Below are positions 56,048 through 63,305 of a DNA stretch of 64,000 bases, piece by piece (within the stretch, counting starts at the first letter, position 1; each line of letters begins with the position of its first letter). The translations under genes and the position numbers were made by a program. The notes under the pieces were generated by a model. It was not told the DNA's origin, ran no database searches, and saw only the letters and a list, made by a program, of their open reading frames with translations. The stretch comes from Bacteroidota bacterium. Lineage in GTDB: Bacteria; Bacteroidota; Bacteroidia; Bacteroidales; FEN-979. The stretch covers positions 13,907-77,906 of the forward strand of contig JAPLDK010000054.1 of the NCBI GenBank assembly GCA_026391775.1, written 5' to 3'.

Positions 56048-57019
56048 TTATTCGGATAAGTTGGCTTCTTTCTTATATAATTGAATTTCCTCAGGTTTCA
56101 GGTCCTGGAACCCTACTTTATAATCGAAAAGACGGTTGACCGGAGGCAGGTAGTAAACTCCGGGCTCGGTGCCAAGTTCTTCCATGTAGCGGTATGCTGC
56201 CCTTTGCTGGACTATCTCGCTGAACCTTACCGTTTCAGTGCCATTGGTCACAGTGTCTTCATTTTTATCACCATAGAAATAAACTCCATTGGGGCATGAG
56301 GTAACACAGGACGGCAGTTTGCCCTGCCTCACCATATCGGGACAGAAGTCACATTTGCCCACTGTACCAACCTTTTGAGGCCAGCTTGTTTCGGGGGAAT
56401 ATTTTTTATCAGCAGGAAGGGGTTCCTGGTCGGGAGACCCCCAGTTAAACACCCTGGAAGAATAAGGACATGCGGCCATGCAAAACTTGCATCCAATGCA
56501 GCGGTCATTGTCGATCAGCACAATTCCGTCGGTCCGTTTGAACGTAGCTCCGACCGGGCAAACCTTGACACAGGGAGGATTGTTGCACTGGAAGCAGGGC
56601 TTAGGGAACCAATACGGGGAAGTATCCTTGCTGTCCCTCAGAAGGAAAAATTTAATCCACTCTATTTTCGGGGGGAGATGGTGCATACTCTGGCATCCCT
56701 CCAGGCATTTCCTTGCATTCCGGCATCGGGCCAGGTCAATAACCATCACCATTTTCTTGTTGGGAATACCCTGACGGGCTTCCTTTCCGGTTGCAGGGCA
56801 GGCATGGCAATGGCCCTTGTCAACTTCAACGAGTGTGCCATCGGGCGACAGCAGTTTGACTTTCTCACCCGTTTCACCGGAGGCCTGCCCAGGGTTGGAA
56901 ACCGCAGATAAAACTTTTCCGCCTCCTCCAATAAGCGCTGTAGCGCCGGCTGCCAGGCCAAGTTTCAGAAACTTTCTTCTTGAGGAATTGTTGTCCTTCA
57001 TATTGGTGTTTTTTTCCAT
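56048..57019 (-). CDS. Tat-exported four-cluster Fe-S subunit (NrfC/PsrB/HybA-like)
   Basis: Tat motif SRRKFLKLGLAAGATALIGG. Cys groups: CRNARKCLEGC, CFQCNNPPCVKVCP, CIGCKFCMAACPY, CDFCPDMVRQGKLPSCVTSCP. The start may instead be the ATG at 57001 (MKDNNSSRRKFL), because a -7 box sits 3 nt from the ATG at 57019. Confidence 0.85.
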   Translation of the reverse strand: MEKNTNMKDNNSSRRKFLKLGLAAGATALIGGGGKVLSAVSNPGQASGETGEKVKLLSPDGTLVEVDKGHCHACPATGKEARQGIPNKKMVMVIDLARCRNARKCLEGCQSMHHLPPKIEWIKFFLLRDSKDTSPYWFPKPCFQCNNPPCVKVCPVGATFKRTDGIVLIDNDRCIGCKFCMAACPYSSRVFNWGSPDQEPLPADKKYSPETSWPQKVGTVGKCDFCPDMVRQGKLPSCVTSCPNGVYFYGDKNEDTVTNGTETVRFSEIVQQRAAYRYMEELGTEPGVYYLPPVNRLFDYKVGFQDLKPEEIQLYKKEANLSE

Positions 57020-57021
57020 TG

Positions 57022-57029
57022 CAAAGCTA
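57022..57029 (-). promoter_or_regulatory. -7 promoter box TAGCTTTG for the nrfC-like operon
   Basis: The plus strand reads caaagcta. It is adjacent to the first ATG (57019) and 21 nt upstream of the second in-frame ATG (57001). Confidence 0.3.
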
Positions 57030-57128
57030 CCTGTACATTCAATTGCATCTTCCGGTTAATGACCGATATGTTATTCGATAATTTTGGATTCTTTTCTTTG
57101 CAAATCGCGCAAAAAAACCTGTATCTGA

Positions 57129-57142
57129 TTGACATATATCAA
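57129..57142. promoter_or_regulatory. FNR/CRP-type palindrome TTGAC-ATAT-ATCAA
   Basis: The sequence ttgacatatatcaa has one mismatch to the TTGAT-N4-ATCAA consensus. It lies in the divergent intergenic region between the nrfC-like operon and the crp/fnr gene, 7 nt upstream of the -7 box at 57150. Confidence 0.45.
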
Positions 57143-57149
57143 TATTTAT

Positions 57150-57157
57150 TACTTTTG
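57150..57157 (+). promoter_or_regulatory. -7 promoter box TACTTTTG upstream of the crp/fnr gene
   Basis: It matches TAnnTTTG and ends 5 nt before the ATG at 57162, which implies a leaderless or very short-leader mRNA. Confidence 0.3.
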
Positions 57158-57161
57158 CCTT

Positions 57162-57863
57162 ATGTTGGAATATCTTGAAAAAACCACGAGGAGTTGCGTA
57201 AACTGTTCATGCAAATCAGCTCTTTTCTGTTTTTTAACCCATGAAGAACTTGAAATGGTTGAAAAGAACAAGCTGAATGTGATTTTCAAGCCGGGTGAAA
57301 CCATCCGCAAACAAGGCACACAGATGACCCATGTGATCTCAGTGAACTCCGGGATGGCCAAGCTGTATCTTGAAGGCATTGAAAGCAGGAATGCCATTCT
57401 ACGAATTGTAAGGCCGACAAACTTTATTGGTGGACCCGGCATTTACCTCGACCAGATGCACCATTATACCGTTATGGCTATCATGGAATCATCGGTTTGC
57501 TTCATCGAACTCAACGTTATCAAGGAAATTATCCGGAGAAACAGTCGTTTTGCCGAGGAGTTCATGAAAGACTTCAGCCGGAATACCCTGAATGTGTATA
57601 ACCGTTTGATCTATCTGACCCAAAAACAAATGCCCGGAAGGATGGCCGATTCCCTCTTGTACCTTTTCGAGGAGATCTTTGAATCGGATCATTTTCCCAT
57701 GCTTCTGAACAAACAGGACCTGGCCGATCTTTCAGCCATGTCGCGCGACAGCGCAGTAAAGATCTTAAGGTCTTTCCAGCATGAGGGCCTTATTAGGTTT
57801 GATGAAAAAGAATTACGGCTTCTTGACCATGAATCACTGAAGAAGATCAGCCGTATCGGGTAA
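57162..57863 (+). CDS. Crp/Fnr-family transcription regulator with an FNR-like N-terminal cysteine cluster
   Basis: The track start at 57129 is TTG; the ATG at 57162 gives MLEYLEKTTRSCVNCSCKSALFCFL. The C-x2-C-x-C-x5-C cluster is followed by THEELEMV, which resembles the E. coli FNR C-x3-C-x2-C-x5-C N-terminus. A further Cys sits in the beta-roll (SSVCFIE). cNMP-like fold: FKPGETIRKQG. C-terminal HTH: DLADLSAMSRDSAVKILRSFQHEGLI. Confidence 0.85.
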   Translation: MLEYLEKTTRSCVNCSCKSALFCFLTHEELEMVEKNKLNVIFKPGETIRKQGTQMTHVISVNSGMAKLYLEGIESRNAILRIVRPTNFIGGPGIYLDQMHHYTVMAIMESSVCFIELNVIKEIIRRNSRFAEEFMKDFSRNTLNVYNRLIYLTQKQMPGRMADSLLYLFEEIFESDHFPMLLNKQDLADLSAMSRDSAVKILRSFQHEGLIRFDEKELRLLDHESLKKISRIG

Positions 57864-57892
57864 TCCGGAATTTCGTATGTTTGGCTCCGGAA

Positions 57893-59833
57893 ATGAGGGC
57901 TCCCGCAAATATCCATATTGACCACCTTTTGATTTTCCTGATCATAGCCATCGGAGCTGTTCTCAGGTTTTACAACTATGGCTCCATCCCTTTCACTCAC
58001 GACGAATTCAGCGCCATTTTCCGGACACAATTCAGCAGTTTCCATGACCTGATTGCCAACGGTGTGGTGGTTGACACCCATCCCGCAGGGGTCCAGGTGT
58101 TCCTTTATTATTGGGTAAAGCTTTTTGGCGTATCCGAACCCCTGGTAAAACTGCCGTTTACGATTTTCAGCCTGCTCTCGGTTTACCTGATCTATTCCAT
58201 CGGCAGGCAGTGGTTCAGCTCCACATCAGGCCTGATTGCGGCGTCGTTTCTCTCATTTCTCCAATACCCCCTGATGTACGGGCAGATCGCCAGGCCATAC
58301 GCCAGCGGTTTGTTTCTCGTGCTGTTGATGGTATATTTCTGGACCAGGATCATGCTTTACCCCGATAAACGATACTCCCTGAACCTAGCAGGGTATATCC
58401 TGGCTTCGGCCTTTTGCGCCTACAACCACCATTTTTCATTGCTTTTTTGCGGGATTGCAGGCCTTACCGGCATTTTCATCATTTCAAGGCAGCACCGTAT
58501 TTCCTATATCATCTCATGGTTTGTGATTTTTCTGCTTTATATCCCGCATCTTTCAATCTTCTTCGGCCAGCTTAAGCAGGGTGGGATAGGGGGATGGCTC
58601 AGCAAACCCCGGCCCGACTTTATTCTGGATTACCTGAGCTATGCTTTCCAGTTCTCATGTTATGTAGCTGCACTGTTGCTGCTGCTTGTCGTGCTTTCCC
58701 TGCTATGGAAAGCCAAAAGGAAACACACGAATTACCGACTGTTGCTGGTTTCCTTTTTATGGTTTTTAATTCCCCTTCTGACCGGATTTCTTTACTCCGT
58801 TTATATAAACCCTGTCCTGCAATATTCCGTACTTATCTTCTCCTTTCCTTTCTTGTTACTGCTGATGTTCTTTTATGCGGATGCAAAACATCCCTGGCAA
58901 AAATTCATACTTGTGGCTGCCTGCGCAATGGTGATCATTCCTTCACTGATATCCGAAAGGAAACATTACAGGCTGTTTTACAATTCCCCTTACAGGGAGA
59001 TCATTATTGAGGCGAAGCAAGCCGCCGATTCCCTGGGCAGATCCAACTGTTTTATCCTGCTTGATTCTCACAAACGCTTTACCGATTATTACCTCGAAAA
59101 GCCCGGCATGGAAAATTTTCATCTCAACTTCTTCCATGATATATTTGAGCCCCCCGTCATCAGCGGTATTATAGATACCTGCACGGCCCGGTACTTCGTT
59201 TACGGCTGCATCTCGAATTCAAGATGGGAGGACTATCCTGTTATCCAGGCAAAATATCCTTACATCCTGGTTCATAAAAGGCTTAATGAGGGCGACTTTT
59301 ATGTGTTTGCAAAGGACAGAGTTCCCGGCCTCAATGAATATTATTTTTCTTCGTATGCTGATTTCGTTTCGAACAGATCAGGCTGGGTTAACTTCATGCC
59401 GGCCAATGTCCGGTTTTCGGGCATGGACCTGGAAACCCCCGTCTACTGCCTGGACAGCAACTTGCAATTCAGTCCGATTTTCAGAGGATCCCTCAGGGAC
59501 ATCAGCCGTAATAAAAATGATATTATTGATCTCTGTGCTGATGTTGAAACCCCTGAAGGATTCTCGGAAGCTTATCTGCAGCTAGGCATATATCAAAAAG
59601 AAAAGCTTCTTTCATTTCAGTCTGCGACTATAGCAGGCAGAAACTCCATGGAATTCCGCCGGATTTATTGCTCCTGCCGCCTTTCCGATATTGAATGGAG
59701 GCATCATTCCCTCTACGTCCAGGGGTTTATCTGGAATCCTAAAAAACAGGATCTGGTGATCAGGGGGATGTCGTTCCGGATAAGGCATGGCAACCCGTTT
59801 CTGTACGGGCTTTACAGAAAAATTGAAAATTGA
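57893..59833 (+). CDS. Polytopic membrane glycosyltransferase, GT39/ArnT-like (GT-C fold)
   Basis: The N-terminal loop FTHDEFSAIF...DTHPAGVQVFLYYW is followed by about 10 TM helices and a soluble C-terminal domain of about 270 aa. The track start at 57881 is TTG; the first ATG is at 57893. Confidence 0.65.
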   Translation: MRAPANIHIDHLLIFLIIAIGAVLRFYNYGSIPFTHDEFSAIFRTQFSSFHDLIANGVVVDTHPAGVQVFLYYWVKLFGVSEPLVKLPFTIFSLLSVYLIYSIGRQWFSSTSGLIAASFLSFLQYPLMYGQIARPYASGLFLVLLMVYFWTRIMLYPDKRYSLNLAGYILASAFCAYNHHFSLLFCGIAGLTGIFIISRQHRISYIISWFVIFLLYIPHLSIFFGQLKQGGIGGWLSKPRPDFILDYLSYAFQFSCYVAALLLLLVVLSLLWKAKRKHTNYRLLLVSFLWFLIPLLTGFLYSVYINPVLQYSVLIFSFPFLLLLMFFYADAKHPWQKFILVAACAMVIIPSLISERKHYRLFYNSPYREIIIEAKQAADSLGRSNCFILLDSHKRFTDYYLEKPGMENFHLNFFHDIFEPPVISGIIDTCTARYFVYGCISNSRWEDYPVIQAKYPYILVHKRLNEGDFYVFAKDRVPGLNEYYFSSYADFVSNRSGWVNFMPANVRFSGMDLETPVYCLDSNLQFSPIFRGSLRDISRNKNDIIDLCADVETPEGFSEAYLQLGIYQKEKLLSFQSATIAGRNSMEFRRIYCSCRLSDIEWRHHSLYVQGFIWNPKKQDLVIRGMSFRIRHGNPFLYGLYRKIEN

Positions 59834-59838
59834 GACAG

Positions 59839-60432
59839 ATGCCGGCAAAGAAGAAAGCAGCGCAGCTAAAAAAGACGATCCATGTTAAAAACATGGTTTG
59901 TAACTGCTGTATCCGCCTGCTCAGGAAGGAACTTGCGATCGATGGCATCACATTACACAACATTAAACTTGGGACCATTGAGCTTTCCCACGATCCGAAG
60001 AAAGTCACTTTAAAAACGATCCATGGGATGCTTGAAGAGTTCGGCTTTGAGATCATCATCGACAAGGAGAAAATTCTTATAGAGCAGATCAAGCAGGCTA
60101 TGATCGAGCTGATCCATAACTCGACGTATAATTCCATGGTGCGAAACTCCGACTACCTGGTAGAACGTTTTGAAATGTCTTATCCCTATATTTCTTCCCT
60201 TTTTTCAAAGCACGAGAACATCACGCTTGAAAAATTCACTATCCTTCATAAGATCGAAAAGGTGAAGGAACTTATCCAATACGGGGACCTTACCCTGAGC
60301 GAAATCGCCTATATCATGGGTTACAGCAGTGTACAATACCTCAGCACCCAGTTCAAATCGGTTACCGGGGTTTCCGTAACCGATTACAAGGCTAATCCTG
60401 TACTTGAAAGGAAAGCTCTGGATAATCTTTAG
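59839..60432 (+). CDS. AraC-family regulator with an N-terminal HMA-like (ferredoxin-fold, CxxC) domain
   Basis: The N-terminus KTIHVKNMVCNCCIRLLRKELAIDGITLHNIKLGTIELSHDP resembles the GMxCxxC heavy-metal-associated fold. The C-terminus is an AraC HTH: LSEIAYIMGYSSVQYLSTQFKSVTGVSVTDYK. The track start at 59830 is TTG; the ATG is at 59839. Confidence 0.75.
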   Translation: MPAKKKAAQLKKTIHVKNMVCNCCIRLLRKELAIDGITLHNIKLGTIELSHDPKKVTLKTIHGMLEEFGFEIIIDKEKILIEQIKQAMIELIHNSTYNSMVRNSDYLVERFEMSYPYISSLFSKHENITLEKFTILHKIEKVKELIQYGDLTLSEIAYIMGYSSVQYLSTQFKSVTGVSVTDYKANPVLERKALDNL

Positions 60433-60456
60433 CCTTTAAAAGTCCGCTTTAAAGGC
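60432..60456 (+). terminator. AT-rich stem-loop overlapping the araC-type gene stop (weak terminator candidate)
   Basis: GCCTTTAAA-agtccgc-TTTAAAGGC gives a 9-bp perfect stem with a 7-nt loop. No U-tract follows. Confidence 0.25.
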
Positions 60457-60548
60457 CTTCCATAAAATCTTATACAACATAGTTAAAATTTCGTAACAAC
60501 CGGGTCGCGGTGGCAAGCTAATATTGCATCGTGTTAAAACCCTCTGTT

Positions 60549-60809
60549 ATGAAACTTAAAAAAAATATTGCCGTAAGCGAGGCGGGCTTGCTCTTTAACC
60601 CGGTAACCGGCGAATCCTTCTCAGTAAACCCGATCGGTACCGAGATCCTGAATCTCTTGCGCGAGGAGAAGACCGATGAACAGATCCGTTCAGCCATTCT
60701 GGCTAAATACAGTACCGATAACCCCACTTTCGAAAAGGACTACCAGGATTTTATCGGTATACTTTCACACAATAATCTCCTCGAAAACCATGAAGAAACC
60801 AAAGCTTAA
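60549..60809 (+). CDS. PqqD-family small protein (RiPP-recognition-element-like peptide/protein chaperone)
   Basis: AGLLFNPVTGESFSVNPIGTEILNLLREEKTDEQIRSAILAKYSTDNPTFEKDYQDFIGILSHNNLLE follows the PqqD pattern (tG-x-x-x-x-lN-x-x-g-x-x-iw-x-ll, then t-x-e-x-i, Y, D-x-x-x-F-l-x-x-L-x-x-x-x-Ll). The track start at 60531 is GTG; the ATG is at 60549. Confidence 0.7.
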   Translation: MKLKKNIAVSEAGLLFNPVTGESFSVNPIGTEILNLLREEKTDEQIRSAILAKYSTDNPTFEKDYQDFIGILSHNNLLENHEETKA

Positions 60810-61836
60810 TATTGCTGTCACAGGCCTCAACGCCATCGACAGCCCTGGTCCGGGAGTGTCGGTGATAAGGGCTCTGAGAGAGGCAACTTCATTCGATACC
60901 CGTATCATCGGACTATCCTATGAATCGCTGGAGCCCGGTATTTATATGCACGACCTGGTCGACCGCACTTATTCGATCCCTTATCCTACAGCAGGGACCG
61001 ATACCCTGCTCGAAAGGTTTGAGTATATCCAGGAGCGGGAAAAACTAGATGTGATCATTCCCAACTTCGATGCGGAACTTTATCCTTTTATCAAGCTCGA
61101 GAACAAGCTCAAAGAGATGGGCATACACATGTTCCTGCCCACCATGCACCAGTTTGAGGAGCGTCATAAAGTCAACCTGAATGAATTCGGAAAGAAATAT
61201 GGAGTTCATGTGCCGAAAAGCAAGGTAATCTACGACCTCAATACCGCTCACAGCCTTGTGTCGGAATTCTCTTTCCCTATGATCGTGAAAGGCAAGTTCT
61301 ATGACGCTTCGATCGCATACAGTATTGAACAGGTAAAGAGCTGCTTCAACAAGATTAGCGCCAAGTGGGGACTTCCCATCATCATCCAGGAGTTCATCCA
61401 TGGAACAGAGTTCAATGTAACCGGTCTTGGCGACGGTAAAGGTAAAACCATTGCTGCGGTGCCAATGCGTAAGCAGTATATCACCGACAAAGGCAAGGCT
61501 TGGGGAGGGATCAGCATTTCCGATGAAAAGATGCTGGAGATGACCCGGAAATTCCTCAGGACCACCAAGTGGAGGGGAGGGTTTGAGTTGGAGCTGATGA
61601 AGAACAAAGATGGAGAGTTGTATCTGCTTGAGATCAACCCGCGTTTGCCGGCCTGGATTTATCTTGCCGTTGGAGTAGGACAGAACATTCCCGAAGCCCT
61701 GGTCAACCTGGCAATGGGCCGCACGGTTAAACCATTTACCGATTATGCAGTGGGAAAGATGTTCGTGCGTTATTCCTGGGACATGATTGTCGACAGGGAG
61801 GAGTTTGAACAGATATCAATATATGGTGAACTATGA
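60790..61836 (+). CDS. ATP-grasp ligase (carboxylate-amine/thiol ligase superfamily)
   Basis: The ATG at 60790 (MKKPKLNIAVTGLN) overlaps the PqqD-like stop by 20 nt. The track start at 60676 lies inside the previous gene. ATP-grasp features: a pre-ATP-grasp Rossmann-like N-terminus, FPMIVKGKFYDA, IIIQEFIHGTEFNV, and ELYLLEINPRLPAW (Mg-ATP binding E-x-N). Confidence 0.8.
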   Translation: MKKPKLNIAVTGLNAIDSPGPGVSVIRALREATSFDTRIIGLSYESLEPGIYMHDLVDRTYSIPYPTAGTDTLLERFEYIQEREKLDVIIPNFDAELYPFIKLENKLKEMGIHMFLPTMHQFEERHKVNLNEFGKKYGVHVPKSKVIYDLNTAHSLVSEFSFPMIVKGKFYDASIAYSIEQVKSCFNKISAKWGLPIIIQEFIHGTEFNVTGLGDGKGKTIAAVPMRKQYITDKGKAWGGISISDEKMLEMTRKFLRTTKWRGGFELELMKNKDGELYLLEINPRLPAWIYLAVGVGQNIPEALVNLAMGRTVKPFTDYAVGKMFVRYSWDMIVDREEFEQISIYGEL

Positions 61837-61842
61837 ACCGGA

Positions 61843-61875
61843 AACCGCGAACCGTTTCATTCACGGTTCGCGGTT
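61843..61875 (+). other. Perfect 13-bp stem-loop between the ATP-grasp and decarboxylase genes
   Basis: AACCGCGAACCGT (61843-61855), loop ttcattc, ACGGTTCGCGGTT (61863-61875). It is preceded by the direct repeats tGAACCG-GAAACCG-CGAACCG. No U-tract follows. Confidence 0.6.
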
Positions 61876-61917
61876 CATGAGTCACGAAAACATTAATGAT
61901 TGAAAATAAACGAAACT

Positions 61918-63276
61918 ATGAGTAAACAAAGATATGAGCGCCCGGTTATAAAGAAGCTTGAAACCGGAATGCCGAACAAATTCGGAACAAGAACCGAATA
62001 CCAGCCCATGACCCATATTGACGGGTTAGCGGTTGAGAAGCTGATGAAAGACTACGGGTCACCATTGTTTGTGATCTCCGAAAAGACCATCCGCAAGACC
62101 ATACAGAAAGCAAAAAAGGATTTCAGGACGAGGTACCCGAGGGTGCAGTTTGCCTGGTCCTATAAAACAAATTACCTGAATGCCATATGCAGCATATTCC
62201 ACCAGGAGGGCTCCTGGGCCGAGGTTGTTTCGGGTTTTGAATACGACAAGGCTATCAGCCTGGGTGTGGATGGCAAAAAGATCATCTTCAACGGGCCTGA
62301 GAAAAGCGAGGAAGACCTCACCAAAGCGATCAGGAACGACTCCCTGATCCATATCGATCACCTGGATGAGCTTTATACTATCTCGGAACTGGCCGAAAAA
62401 CACAAAGCCCGCCCGAGGGTGGCTATCAGGGTAAACATGGATACCGGTGTATATCCTATATGGGACCGCTTCGGATTCAACTATGAAAACGGCCAGGCCT
62501 GGGATGCCATTAACAAGATCATGCATTCCGATACTCTGGAACTTGTGGGATTACATTGCCACATCGGTACCTTTATGCTTGCGCCTTCTGCCTATGGCAT
62601 TGCTGCATCAAAACTTGCTGAACTTGCACTCTCGGTGGAAAAGAAATTCAAACACGAAATAAAATATATCGACCTTGGCGGGGGGTTTGCTTCAAAAAAC
62701 ACCCTGAAAGGGTCATACTTGCCGGGTTCTGATACCAACCCTACCTTCGATGATTTTGCCGAAGCCATTTCCAGCTCCCTGCTCAACAGCAATTTCAAAC
62801 AGGAAAAACTGCCCCTGCTTATCCTGGAAACCGGGCGCGCATTGATTGACGAAGCGGGTTACCTGCTTGGATCGGTTATTTCGAATAAACGCTCGAGTAC
62901 CGGCCGCCGCAATACGATCCTTGATATAGGCGTTAATATCCTGTTCACCTCATTCTGGTACGATCACAAGATCACACCCGCCCAGGCCTTTACCCATTAT
63001 TCGGAGGACACTTGCATTTATGGCCCCCTGTGCATGAATATTGATGTGATCCGCGAAAGCGTCAGCCTGCCTTTGCTCAACAAGGACGATCATGTGGTGA
63101 TACACCATGTTGGCGCTTATAACATGACCCAATGGATGCAGTTTATCGCCCTCCGGCCCAACGTTGTTCTTATCGATATGGATGAAAAACCCCATGTGAT
63201 ACGCCTTCGCGAAACCCTGGATAATATGAACAGCATGGAGAAGGTACCGGCCCATCTGAAAAAATTTAATGTATAG
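61918..63276 (+). CDS. Fold-type III PLP-dependent decarboxylase (DAP/Orn decarboxylase family), second paralogue in the window
   Basis: PLFVISEKTIRK, FAWSYKTNYLNAI (PLP-lysine region), HCHIGT, YIDLGGGFA, ILETGRAL, HHVGAYNMTQW. The track start at 61900 is TTG; the ATG is at 61918. Confidence 0.85.
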   Translation: MSKQRYERPVIKKLETGMPNKFGTRTEYQPMTHIDGLAVEKLMKDYGSPLFVISEKTIRKTIQKAKKDFRTRYPRVQFAWSYKTNYLNAICSIFHQEGSWAEVVSGFEYDKAISLGVDGKKIIFNGPEKSEEDLTKAIRNDSLIHIDHLDELYTISELAEKHKARPRVAIRVNMDTGVYPIWDRFGFNYENGQAWDAINKIMHSDTLELVGLHCHIGTFMLAPSAYGIAASKLAELALSVEKKFKHEIKYIDLGGGFASKNTLKGSYLPGSDTNPTFDDFAEAISSSLLNSNFKQEKLPLLILETGRALIDEAGYLLGSVISNKRSSTGRRNTILDIGVNILFTSFWYDHKITPAQAFTHYSEDTCIYGPLCMNIDVIRESVSLPLLNKDDHVVIHHVGAYNMTQWMQFIALRPNVVLIDMDEKPHVIRLRETLDNMNSMEKVPAHLKKFNV

Positions 63277-63305
63277 TTTTAAGAATTGTTAAATAAAGTT
63301 TGAAT

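Noticed and set aside
53337-57019. Considered calling the locus alternative complex III (Act)
   Set aside because: There is no pentaheme ActA, no molybdopterin-like ActB1 domain and no second NrfD-like ActF. Only an Fe-S subunit, one NrfD-like subunit and one monoheme cytochrome are encoded.
60518-60727. 69-aa minus-strand ORF considered as a possible RiPP precursor next to the PqqD-like gene
   Set aside because: It is antisense to the PqqD-like coding sequence itself and has no leader/core organisation or upstream promoter box. It is most likely spurious.
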